A stretch of DNA of 64,000 nt from Chloroflexota bacterium (GTDB taxonomy: Bacteria; Chloroflexota; Anaerolineae; Promineifilales; Promineifilaceae): NCBI GenBank assembly GCA_048620455.1, contig JBMCFH010000002.1, positions 513-64,512 of the forward strand, given 5' to 3'. Positions 9,542 through 18,143 of the stretch are shown here, in pieces (the first letter of the stretch is position 1; the number at the start of each line of letters is the position of its first letter). A program made the translations under genes and the position numbers. Under the pieces are notes generated by a model, which was given only the letters and a program-made list of their open reading frames with translations, was not told the origin of the DNA and searched no databases.

Positions 9542-9811
9542 ATGGTTCCTCCCCAATCGTCGGATGATGTGTTTCTGCATGCGGTTGCCGAAAGCATATC
9601 CAGGCGTGGCCTGGGTTCCCTGGCCCTGGTAACGCTCGAGGCTGGACGTCCACTCGCCTTCCTCGGCGGCCAACTGCTATGGCTGACCCAACCCGCGCTG
9701 TGCCTGCTGTGGTCACGAAATCAGATCAGCCGGCTGGCGCGGCTTCTGGAAGAAGGAGAGACACTGGACAGCCTGATCGAGCACCTGCAAACAAATCAAT
9801 CGTATGAGTGA
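9542..9811 (+). CDS. small hypothetical protein (first gene of operon)
   Basis: This is an 89-aa ORF directly downstream of the promoter candidate. Its stop overlaps the next start (ATGAGTGA). It has one hydrophobic stretch (LAFLGGQLLWLTQPALCLLW). I recognise no family. Confidence 0.45.
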   Translation: MVPPQSSDDVFLHAVAESISRRGLGSLALVTLEAGRPLAFLGGQLLWLTQPALCLLWSRNQISRLARLLEEGETLDSLIEHLQTNQSYE

Positions 9812-10559
9812 AAGTCAGCTACTGGTTATTGCAATCGCACTCCTGGCAGCAGCGCTGATGTTACTGGCCTATCGGCGCCTGCGAGCGGGAGAGACCATTA
9901 TCCTACGGCCTTTGCCAGGGTACAATAAGATACAGCAACAGATCGGACTGGCTATCGAAGGCGGTCGTCGCCCGCATCTGACCCTTGGTCGCGGTCCCTT
10001 ACACACTGTCGCCGGTCCCAGTAGCGTTGCCGCGCTCAAGATTCTGGACGAGTTGGGCGCTGCAGGCGCCAAAAGCGCCATGTCGCCGCGAGTGACCGTG
10101 GGAAGCGGCACCCTACTCCCCGCTGCGGAGGATACGTTGCGCCGGGCCTACGAGGCCGCCGGTCGTGGCGAGACATTGCCGCCGCGAAGTGTGGAGTTTC
10201 TCGCCGAAGACACCTTTCCATTCAGCTATGCCGCCGGTTTCTCCGCGATGCAGAACCAGGATGACAGTGGCAGCAATGTCGCTGCCGGTCGCTTCGGCGA
10301 AGAAGTGATTATCATTAATGAGGCAGTCCAACGGGCCGGGCTGGAACAGGTGACTGCAACCGACGATCCGCTGGCGATGGCTCTGGCAACAGCCGGCAGC
10401 GGAGAGACACTTTGGGGCGAAGAGCTGTTTGCGGCCGGAGCCTATCTGGATCAAACGCCTCTACAGTTGGCCAGCGTGCGCGCTCAGGACATCCTGCGTT
10501 GGCTCCTCGCAGCCACCATCGTGATCATTGCCCTGTTGCAACTGTTGACAATGCTGTAA
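9804..10559 (+). CDS. hypothetical bitopic membrane protein (TM - ~200-aa domain - TM)
   Basis: An N-terminal TM (LLVIAIALLAAALMLLAY) and a C-terminal TM (WLLAATIVIIALLQLL) flank a soluble Ala/Gly-rich domain. The start overlaps the upstream stop. Confidence 0.6.
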   Translation: MSESQLLVIAIALLAAALMLLAYRRLRAGETIILRPLPGYNKIQQQIGLAIEGGRRPHLTLGRGPLHTVAGPSSVAALKILDELGAAGAKSAMSPRVTVGSGTLLPAAEDTLRRAYEAAGRGETLPPRSVEFLAEDTFPFSYAAGFSAMQNQDDSGSNVAAGRFGEEVIIINEAVQRAGLEQVTATDDPLAMALATAGSGETLWGEELFAAGAYLDQTPLQLASVRAQDILRWLLAATIVIIALLQLLTML

Positions 10560-10604
10560 ACGCGAATCCGTTAACCGATTCTACGCAAAGTACCGTAACG
10601 AACC

Positions 10605-11213
10605 ATGAACCTTCTGAAGCGCGGATTGCCGGTGACCCTGGCCCTCATTTTTGGGTTTGCCACCCTTGCCGGCCTTCTGGTTCTTCCACCGCTGGCAGAC
10701 CTGCTCCTCAGCTGGGCCGGATTTCTGGCTGCGGTCGCCCTAGTGCTTGGCGTGTTAAACCTTCTTGCGATCCACCTGCGAAGAGCAGCAAGCGGGAATG
10801 GATATAGCCTGATCCTCGTACTCAGCATGTTGGTCGTGTTCGCCCTGGGAATCACAGATGCCCTGTTACTCACCGAGAATGGCCTTGCGTTCGCTTTCAA
10901 CGAGATTCAGGCGCCGCTTGAAGCAGCTGTGGCTTCGCTCGTAGCTTTCTTTCTCCTTTTCGCCGGCGCACGCATGTTGCAGCACCGTCGCAACGCCTGG
11001 TCGATTCTATTCATGATCTCGGCCATCTTTTTTCTACTCACCCAGGGTCCGCTGCCAGAAGCGCTGGCAGCGATCCTCTCCCCAATCCGCAGAGTAGCCG
11101 ATTCCGTACTGGTAACAGCAGGGATGCGCGGTATATTGCTGGGCGTGGCTCTAGGCATCATCACGCTCAGCCTTCGCCTCCTGTCTGGTCTGGAGCGTCC
11201 TTATAGCTCATGA
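10605..11213 (+). CDS. hypothetical polytopic membrane protein (~6 TM)
   Basis: The 202-aa protein is almost entirely hydrophobic helices. Its stop overlaps the next start (ATGA). Confidence 0.6.
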   Translation: MNLLKRGLPVTLALIFGFATLAGLLVLPPLADLLLSWAGFLAAVALVLGVLNLLAIHLRRAASGNGYSLILVLSMLVVFALGITDALLLTENGLAFAFNEIQAPLEAAVASLVAFFLLFAGARMLQHRRNAWSILFMISAIFFLLTQGPLPEALAAILSPIRRVADSVLVTAGMRGILLGVALGIITLSLRLLSGLERPYSS

Positions 11214-14200
11214 GTGAAATCATCTGTCGCAGCTGCGGAGCCCGCAACCCCACGAAGAGCAAATTTTGTAACAAGTGTGGCGCGGAGTTGCGCAGCGGCA
11301 CCTCGCAAATTTGCCCGAATTGTGAACGGTCTAACCCCATCGAGCTGCTCTACTGCGATCACTGTGGCACGTTGCTCGCCGACGACGCCTTGTTAGATCC
11401 ACCTGAAGAGGAAGCGGACGAAGAGGACGCGCCAGAAAGCAGAAGCAAACCGTTCTCGCTGCCTTCGCGACCGCCGGGTCAGACCGGCAACCTGGACGTG
11501 TCCGGCGATATTCCGGAATGGCTGAGAACCGGCGACGCAGATGAAGAGGCCGGCGGCGACGATGAAGAAACGCCGGATTGGCTGCAAGCGGCACAGGCGT
11601 CGGATGAGTGGGAAGATTCGGAGGCGCCTACGCTTGAGGATCTCAGCGGAAGCCACGCCCCCAGTGATGACTTGCCAACATGGTTGCTGGAAGATGAGGC
11701 AGGCGATGCCATCTTCAACAGCGAAAAAGACACAAATGAGCTATTCCGTCAGGGAAGCGGGAGCGAACAAGCGGACATGGCCGACGATGCGCCCCAGCCG
11801 GAAGCGCAGCTACCGGAGTGGCTGGAGGGACTGAGCCCCCCCGACAGCGGCCCACTCCCCTTTATATCCGATGAAGATGAGTCACCTGACGATGTGCAGG
11901 AATCCACCGAGGAAAATCAAACCGGCGACCCTGCCAGCGAATTGCAGAGCTGGTTGAATGCGATGGAGCAGGACGAGAGCGCCAGCGCAGGGTCGGAACC
12001 GCCGGCCGAAGCATCATCTCAGGAACAGCAGAACGCCGAGGACGTGGAGCCGGACGCCGATTGGCTCCAGGAATTCGATTCAGGCGCCGACGAACAGGCG
12101 CAGACGCAGATGGAGCTGGAGACGCCCGCTGATGCTGACGACGATTTTGCGCGATGGTTGACGGGTGAGGAAATTAGCGAAGGCGCCGCCACCGGAGAAG
12201 GGGAGGAGCCGCCGGTTCAATCGCTCGACGATGAAGACTTCCAACAGTGGCTGGCCGATGCCCGGCTGGAAGAATCGGCTTCCAAAAGCGGTGATGACGA
12301 GATGTGGGATGAGGAAGCCGCACCGGCCGAGGAGCCTGATGCCGACACGCCGGTTTGGATGCAGATGTCCGACGATGAGTTTCTGACTGAGAGCGGCGGT
12401 TCATCGCCGACCGATCCTGACTCCGAGGCTGCGCCTGACTGGCTCGCAGAATTCGAAGAGGAAAGCCTGGGGGAAATCCAGCAACCGTTCGCCGAAGATG
12501 ACGACGACGATTGGTTGGAGCCCCTTGAATCACCTTCTGCCGAGGACGTTCAACAGGCTGACGAAGAAGCAGGCGAGGAGATGACAGAGGAGGACTTTCT
12601 TGCCTGGCTCGCCACGCTTGATGAGGGCGGTCTTGATGCAGAGGAAAGTGCGGAGGATGCTTCGCCGGCTGCTGAAGCCGGCGCGCCTGACGAACTTTCT
12701 CTGCCGGAGGACGAGGCAAGCGAAGCGCAAGAGGTGTTGCCCAGCGAGGAAGATCTGGTACCAGAGGAGCCGCGGGCGCAGGAAGCACCCGCCGAACTGC
12801 CTTCCTGGCTCGGCGAATTGGGCGAGAGCGATCAGACGGTTGCAGAGGCCGATGACGACTTCGCCGGCGATTTGCCCGACTGGCTGCAGTCAACGCTGTC
12901 AGAGAGTGAAGCCGGCCCGCTGCCGTATGTGGAGGCGGAAGGCGAGGCGACGGATGAAATTGAGGACGAAGCGGAAGACTCCCTCGCGGAGCCGGCTATA
13001 GAGGAGGATATAGAAGCTGCAGAAAGCGCAGCGGAAGCCGGCGAAGAAGTTCCTGAGTGGCTGGCTGGTGTTTCGGACGAGTTTGATAGTGAAAGCGCCC
13101 CTTCATTTGCAGGTGATGCACCAGAAGTGCAAGACGAGACGCAACCGTCTGGTGAAGAGCCCCTCGAAGCGCTGCAACCGGCAGAGGATGAAATACAGGA
13201 AGATCTGGACTTTGCCGACGCCTCGCTCGATCCCGATGCATCAGACGATCTGGTGCCTACGGAAGACTTACCGGACTGGTTCAGCGACGTTATGGCCGAT
13301 ATCGAGACGGAGAGCGAGCTCGGCGACCAGGTTGAAGTCCCTGCAGAGCTCTCCAACGTGCCGCCACAATTGGCCGCTGACGATTTGCCTGAGTGGCTGG
13401 ACAGTCCATTTGTAGACAGCCCGGATGCCGAACCGACTCCACTGAACGAAATACCCGAGTGGCTAAAGCCGCCCCCTCGTGCGGGCCGGGAAGACACAGT
13501 TGGAGAAGAGGAACTGCTCAGTCTGGGCGCTCCAGAAAGCAGCGATGAGTGGGCCGACCTTCTGGATGCACTGCCGCCTCCTGAACGCGACAGCGAGAGC
13601 CTCAGCCAGGCGGACATACCAGAATGGCTTCAGGCGCTGAAACCTCAGGCGCTGCGCGAAGATTCAGAAGAAGCTCCCGCGCCGCAGGAACCGGAAGAAA
13701 GCGAAGGGCCACTTGCCGGGTTGCGTGGCGTCATCGGCGTGGCGCCGGCAATGGCGCATCCACGAGCTGCCGAACGGATCGATCCCGATCTATCGGCTCA
13801 GGAACACGAGCAACAGGTAGCATTATTGCGGCAGCTGGCCCGTTCGGAGGGCAGCGCAATCTCCCCTCGCGCACTGCCCTCGGCTACAACGACATCATCA
13901 ACGGCCGTTCGCGTGCTGCTGGCGGTGCTGCTGCTGGTCGCGCTGCTTATCGGCCTGTTCTTCACAGAGACGATCGTCGAACTGGCGCCATGGGCGCCGG
14001 TGAGCACCGCAGCGGACGCAGCGGGCATCATCGATGCCGCCGCCGGCGAACCGGTCATCGTCGCCTTCGAGTACACGCCTGCGTTGGCCGGCGCCCTGAA
14101 CGCTGACGCTCATGCTGTCCTGGCAAAGCTCGCCGACAACAATAGTTCTGCAATATTGGTCAGTCAGACTGCAGCGGGCGCGACACTGGCGCAGCAGGCT

Positions 14201-14677
14201 GCATCAGACACCCCTGACTTGCAGAGCGTGGACGTAGGTTATGTCCCCGGTGGAGCGGCCGGTCTGCGCAGCATGGCCCAATGCATCGCCAATGGTCAAC
14301 CATGCCCTTCGCTATTCGGCCGTCCACTGGCCCAGGATGACAGCGCGGCGCTAAACGATGCTGCGTTAATCGTTGTCCTCAGCGGTGAGCGAACCCGGCT
14401 AATTGACTGGGTGGAGCAAGTGCAAACGACAAGCGGCGTCGCCATGCTGACTTTTGTAACGGAGGCCATCGCGCCTGTGGCTGCGCCCTATGCTGATAGC
14501 CGGCAGCTGACCGTCGTCTCCAGCAGCGGGCATTCGACTTTGGAGGCGGATAGTGAACCGCTGCCACCGCAGACAGCAGCCGTCACGATGGGCCGCGGGC
14601 TGGCAATCGGAATCATCCTAATCGGTGCAATCTATTATCTTGTTGCCGGACAAAGGCGGACGCCAACAAATGAGTGA
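11210..14677 (+). CDS. double zinc-ribbon protein with ~700-aa acidic W-L repeat region and C-terminal TM-domain-TM module
   Basis: The N-terminus carries two CxxC...CxxC ribbons (CRSCGARNPTKSKFCNKCG; CPNCERSNPIELLYCDHCG). A long Asp/Glu/Pro-rich region follows with about 19 [P/x][E/D]WL motifs. Then come a TM helix (AVRVLLAVLLLVALLIGLFF), a ~220-aa domain, and a terminal TM (LAIGIILIGAIYYLVAG). Confidence 0.8.
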   Translation: MSEIICRSCGARNPTKSKFCNKCGAELRSGTSQICPNCERSNPIELLYCDHCGTLLADDALLDPPEEEADEEDAPESRSKPFSLPSRPPGQTGNLDVSGDIPEWLRTGDADEEAGGDDEETPDWLQAAQASDEWEDSEAPTLEDLSGSHAPSDDLPTWLLEDEAGDAIFNSEKDTNELFRQGSGSEQADMADDAPQPEAQLPEWLEGLSPPDSGPLPFISDEDESPDDVQESTEENQTGDPASELQSWLNAMEQDESASAGSEPPAEASSQEQQNAEDVEPDADWLQEFDSGADEQAQTQMELETPADADDDFARWLTGEEISEGAATGEGEEPPVQSLDDEDFQQWLADARLEESASKSGDDEMWDEEAAPAEEPDADTPVWMQMSDDEFLTESGGSSPTDPDSEAAPDWLAEFEEESLGEIQQPFAEDDDDDWLEPLESPSAEDVQQADEEAGEEMTEEDFLAWLATLDEGGLDAEESAEDASPAAEAGAPDELSLPEDEASEAQEVLPSEEDLVPEEPRAQEAPAELPSWLGELGESDQTVAEADDDFAGDLPDWLQSTLSESEAGPLPYVEAEGEATDEIEDEAEDSLAEPAIEEDIEAAESAAEAGEEVPEWLAGVSDEFDSESAPSFAGDAPEVQDETQPSGEEPLEALQPAEDEIQEDLDFADASLDPDASDDLVPTEDLPDWFSDVMADIETESELGDQVEVPAELSNVPPQLAADDLPEWLDSPFVDSPDAEPTPLNEIPEWLKPPPRAGREDTVGEEELLSLGAPESSDEWADLLDALPPPERDSESLSQADIPEWLQALKPQALREDSEEAPAPQEPEESEGPLAGLRGVIGVAPAMAHPRAAERIDPDLSAQEHEQQVALLRQLARSEGSAISPRALPSATTTSSTAVRVLLAVLLLVALLIGLFFTETIVELAPWAPVSTAADAAGIIDAAAGEPVIVAFEYTPALAGALNADAHAVLAKLADNNSSAILVSQTAAGATLAQQAASDTPDLQSVDVGYVPGGAAGLRSMAQCIANGQPCPSLFGRPLAQDDSAALNDAALIVVLSGERTRLIDWVEQVQTTSGVAMLTFVTEAIAPVAAPYADSRQLTVVSSSGHSTLEADSEPLPPQTAAVTMGRGLAIGIILIGAIYYLVAGQRRTPTNE
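11510..13630 (+). repeat. protein-level degenerate repeat array: ~19 copies of acidic-flanked (L/I/T/V)P(E/D)WL motif
   Basis: Read from the translation: IPEWL, TPDWL, LPTWL, LPEWL, QSWL, ADWL, ARWL, QQWL, PVWM, APDWL, DDWL, LAWL, LPSWL, LPDWL, VPEWL, LPDWF, LPEWL, IPEWL, IPEWL. Spacing is irregular (about 20-60 aa), so this is not a DNA-level tandem repeat. Confidence 0.85.
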
Positions 14678-15314
14678 GTTTCCTCTGGTTCTGGTGGGGT
14701 TTTTGTTGACCCTGTTTATCTATAGTTACGTGGTGGGCGACAATCCGCTCTATCGTTTGGCCGTTCATTTGCTGGTGGGAGTAAGCGCGGCCTACGCGGC
14801 GGTGATTGCTATTGAAAGCGTCTTCCTGCCCCTGTTCCAACGCCTTCAGGAACAACCCACAGCGCCGGATAACCTGCTATGGGGAATTCCTCTTCTCCTC
14901 TCGCTGCTCCTCTTGCTGAGGTGGCTGCGCCCGTTGGCCTGGGCTGGCAACAGCACGATCGGCGTACTGATTACGGTGGGCGCAGCCGTGGCCCTGGTAG
15001 GCGCCATTACAGGCACAATCCTCCCCCAGGTTTTAACTATGCCAGATGGTGAGCCGTGGTTGGGACTGGCGACGGCGCTGCTCACGGCCTGTGCCTTGCT
15101 CTATTTCCAGTTCACCGGTCGCGCAGATCGGGAGGGCCAGTTCACACGCCCCGCGTGGAAGCGAGTCATTGCCGCCGTAGGACAGGGAGTCCTCATGGTC
15201 ACCTTTGGCGCGCTATTCGCCGGCGCTTTTAGTACAAGTCTCGTCGTGCTCGTGGAACGCCTTAACCATTTCATTACAGAGCTGGCCTCCGCACTGGGAC
15301 CGTTTCTCTCATGA
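14670..15314 (+). CDS. hypothetical polytopic membrane protein (~6 TM)
   Basis: ATG 14670 overlaps the upstream stop (ATGAGTGA). The track ORF from 14625 would overlap by 53 nt, so the internal start is preferred. The sequence is hydrophobic throughout. Confidence 0.6.
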   Translation: MSEFPLVLVGFLLTLFIYSYVVGDNPLYRLAVHLLVGVSAAYAAVIAIESVFLPLFQRLQEQPTAPDNLLWGIPLLLSLLLLLRWLRPLAWAGNSTIGVLITVGAAVALVGAITGTILPQVLTMPDGEPWLGLATALLTACALLYFQFTGRADREGQFTRPAWKRVIAAVGQGVLMVTFGALFAGAFSTSLVVLVERLNHFITELASALGPFLS

Positions 15315-17047
15315 TTGTCGACAGCTATTTCCCCTCCTTCCTCCTGGCAGACTGCGGCTCGACGACGACCACAGCAGCGCTCTTCGATATTACGGAGACA
15401 GGCTATCGTCTCGTGACCCAGGCGGTGGCGCCAACGACCGCTTCTGCTCCCTGGCGAGATGTGACCGTTGGCATCCAGGCCGCAATTGGAAAGATATCGC
15501 AGATTACGGGCCGCCCCCTGCTGACTGATGACGGCGATCTGATAACTCCCCGGAAGGAAAACGGTATGGGGGTAGATCGCTTCGGGGTCACGGTCAGCGC
15601 TGCGCCGCCTTTGCGCCTGGTAACAGCGGGCCTGCTCGAGGAAGTGAGTCTGGCAAGCGCGCGCCGCGCCGTCCGCACAATTTACGCGCAGGAAATAGAT
15701 AGCTTCAGCCTCAAGGACACCCGGGATGAGGAGGAGCAAATAAAGGCGATGGTCGCAATCGAACCGGACCTGATTTTGCTCACCGGGGGAACCGATGGGG
15801 GCGATACGGCGCAGCTGCGCGAACTGCTGCAAAAGGTGGAACTGAGCGTCAATCTATTCAATGGAGCTGCCAAACCGCAGGTGCTGTACGCGGGCAACAG
15901 CCGGCTGCGGGAACAGGTAACCACGTCCCTGGGTTCACTGACCAACGTACACGTTGCCGATAACGTGCGCCCCACCATCCAATCAGAAGAGCTCGCGGAC
16001 ACGATGCAGGTGCTGGGCGAGCTCTATGAGGATCTAAAAGTGGGCACGCTGCCCGGTATTCATGATCTCGTCGAGTGGAGCCAGTTCCCGGTGCAAACCA
16101 CGGCACGGACCTTTGGTCGCATGATAGAGTATTTTGCCGCACTCTACGAATCGCGCATCGTGGGGTTGGACCTCGGCAGTAACAGCGTCGTCCTGGCGAC
16201 GGCGCATGAGCAGGAGAAACAGATATATATCGATAGTAACGCCGGGATGGGACGACCGTTGGTGAATCTGTTGGACAGCGTTCCTCCGCCAACGCTCCTT
16301 GCCCACCTGCCCTTTTCCCTGACCGAGGAAGCGCTGCGCGATTTCATTCAGGAGAAAGCGCTCTATCCCCAGACCGTCCCCATGACGGAAGAAGAACTAT
16401 ATCTGGAACAGACGCTGGCGCGGCAGGTGATCAGGCATGCTTTCGCGGGCGCGGCACAACAGTGGGGGTGGACTGGCGGTGGACATGCTCAGACGCTTCC
16501 ATTTAGCCTGCTCGTCTTGCGCGGACAGATTCTGGCACGCGCGCCGCGCCCGGGCCAGACGATGCTCATGGCTCTGGACGCGCTCCAGCCCTCAGGCATC
16601 TTCTCCGTCGCCGTCGATCGTTATGGCGTGCTTCCGCTGCTGGGATTACTCGCAACCCAGGAACCGTCAGCCGTCGTCCAGATCCTGGAAGGAGGCGTTC
16701 TCGTAGAGCATGGTTGGGTGATTGCCCCCACGGGCCCGGCGCAGCCTGGGAAAAAAGCACTGCGCATTACAGTGGACTCCGCCGACAAAGGCGAATACCG
16801 CATCGACGCGGAGTTCGGCGAGCTGATTAGTGTACCACTCGATCCAGGCGTTCCGGCCCAACTAACCCTGGAACCGGAACGCCGCATTGACGTGGGATTT
16901 GGCCCAGGACGCAGCAAGAAGATCACCGTGCATGGCGGCGCAGCCGGTCTGGTGGTAGACTGCAGAGGACGGCCATTGCAGCTTCCCGACGAGGAAGCCG
17001 ACCGCCAGTCGATTCTTCGCCAGTGGCAATGGGATATGGGCGGTTAG
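15311..17047 (+). CDS. GlmL/MutL-like actin-fold (ASKHA superfamily) ATPase
   Basis: The N-terminal phosphate-1 motif LLADCGSTTTTAALFD and the LLTGGTDGGD motif match the pattern I know from glutamate mutase L (GlmL/MutL) and EutA-type proteins. The second half starts with another actin-fold motif, IVGLDLGSNSVVLA. The start overlaps the upstream stop (ATGA). Confidence 0.6.
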   Translation: MIVDSYFPSFLLADCGSTTTTAALFDITETGYRLVTQAVAPTTASAPWRDVTVGIQAAIGKISQITGRPLLTDDGDLITPRKENGMGVDRFGVTVSAAPPLRLVTAGLLEEVSLASARRAVRTIYAQEIDSFSLKDTRDEEEQIKAMVAIEPDLILLTGGTDGGDTAQLRELLQKVELSVNLFNGAAKPQVLYAGNSRLREQVTTSLGSLTNVHVADNVRPTIQSEELADTMQVLGELYEDLKVGTLPGIHDLVEWSQFPVQTTARTFGRMIEYFAALYESRIVGLDLGSNSVVLATAHEQEKQIYIDSNAGMGRPLVNLLDSVPPPTLLAHLPFSLTEEALRDFIQEKALYPQTVPMTEEELYLEQTLARQVIRHAFAGAAQQWGWTGGGHAQTLPFSLLVLRGQILARAPRPGQTMLMALDALQPSGIFSVAVDRYGVLPLLGLLATQEPSAVVQILEGGVLVEHGWVIAPTGPAQPGKKALRITVDSADKGEYRIDAEFGELISVPLDPGVPAQLTLEPERRIDVGFGPGRSKKITVHGGAAGLVVDCRGRPLQLPDEEADRQSILRQWQWDMGG

Positions 17048-17055
17048 GGAAAGGA

Positions 17056-18117
17056 ATGATGATCACCCCTAGCGTGACGACGGTAAAACCATTGATAAAA
17101 ATCAGGCGTGATCGGCTACTACCGCGCCCCGGCGAGGTCGTGGTTACACCGGGTCAGGAAGTCAATCCTGTGCAGGTAGTGGCGCGCACGTCGCAGCAGC
17201 GGGGATTTACCATCGTCGATGGAGCTGACATTCTGGGCGTGCCGCCTGATGACGTACCCAACTATCTACTGGTAGAGGAGGGCGCGGCGGTTCAGAAAAA
17301 GAAGCCACTATTGCAGAAGAAAGGCTTGTTTGGTAGCAAATCTTACAGCTCGCCCGTCAACGGTATCCTGTATCAGGTCAGCCACGGACGGCTTATTCTG
17401 CAACAGACATCAGATCTGTTAGAATTGCGTGCTATGATCAGAGGTGTCGTAGCCGGTTATCTGGGTAACAGGGGTGTGGTAATCGAGACACAGGGATCGT
17501 TGGTCCAGGGGGTCTGGGCCTCCGGGCGTGAAGGTTTCGGTACGATTAAGATCGCCACAGAGAGCTACGACGGACCCCTTCTAAAAGAGCACATCGGCGC
17601 AGATGCCCGGGGCGCCGTGCTTGTTGCCGGCTACGTCGACAGACCGGGCGTGCTTGACGCAGCAGAAAGTCATTCGGTCCGTGGCGTTATCGTCGGCAGC
17701 ATTCCCGCCAGTATGCTGCACACGTTGCCAGCTTTACGCTTTCCGATTATTGTTACAGATGGGTTCCGCCAACAACCAATGGCGCCACCGATTTTCCAAT
17801 TACTACAACAGTCGGAGGGTCGAGAAGCGTCCCTGTTTGGTGCGGATACGGGGTCCTGGTCTCGTCCGGAGATCGTCATCCCCCTTCCCGCGTCGGATGC
17901 GCCGCAGCAGGAGGTTCACTCGTTGCAGCCACTTGGCGTTGGCCAGCGTGTTCGTCTGTTGCGAGCACCGCATGCCGGTGTCGTTGGCGAAGTCGTAGAA
18001 GTTTACGATCGTGCTCGTGCCACAGAAACTGGCTTTCACCTTCCGGGCGCCAGTGTAGCTATTAATGAGGAAGAGGTACTCTTCGTCCCTTATCCAAACC
18101 TTGATTTGATCCGTTGA
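17056..18117 (+). CDS. hypothetical soluble protein (possible barrel-sandwich N-terminus and KOW/SH3-like C-terminus)
   Basis: ATG 17056 lies 8 nt after the upstream stop and is preceded by GGGAAAGGA. By eye only, VVVTPGQEVNPVQVVAR...LVEEGAAVQKKKPLL...SPVNGILYQV resembles a lipoyl/HlyD-like hybrid barrel, and GQRVRLLRAPHAGVVGEVVEVYD resembles a KOW-like hairpin. I recognise no family. Confidence 0.55.
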   Translation: MMITPSVTTVKPLIKIRRDRLLPRPGEVVVTPGQEVNPVQVVARTSQQRGFTIVDGADILGVPPDDVPNYLLVEEGAAVQKKKPLLQKKGLFGSKSYSSPVNGILYQVSHGRLILQQTSDLLELRAMIRGVVAGYLGNRGVVIETQGSLVQGVWASGREGFGTIKIATESYDGPLLKEHIGADARGAVLVAGYVDRPGVLDAAESHSVRGVIVGSIPASMLHTLPALRFPIIVTDGFRQQPMAPPIFQLLQQSEGREASLFGADTGSWSRPEIVIPLPASDAPQQEVHSLQPLGVGQRVRLLRAPHAGVVGEVVEVYDRARATETGFHLPGASVAINEEEVLFVPYPNLDLIR

Positions 18118-18143
18118 AAACACGGACCGAACAGGAGGGAACT

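Noticed and set aside
12174-13617. Two long minus-strand ORFs (12174-12893, 239 aa; 12832-13617, 261 aa) antisense to the acidic-repeat gene
   Set aside because: Their translations are Arg/Ser/Pro/Ala low-complexity. That is what antisense reading of GAN/GCN-rich acidic codons produces. There is no start context, and they lie entirely inside a gene with strong coding evidence (Zn ribbons, conserved motifs, TM helices).
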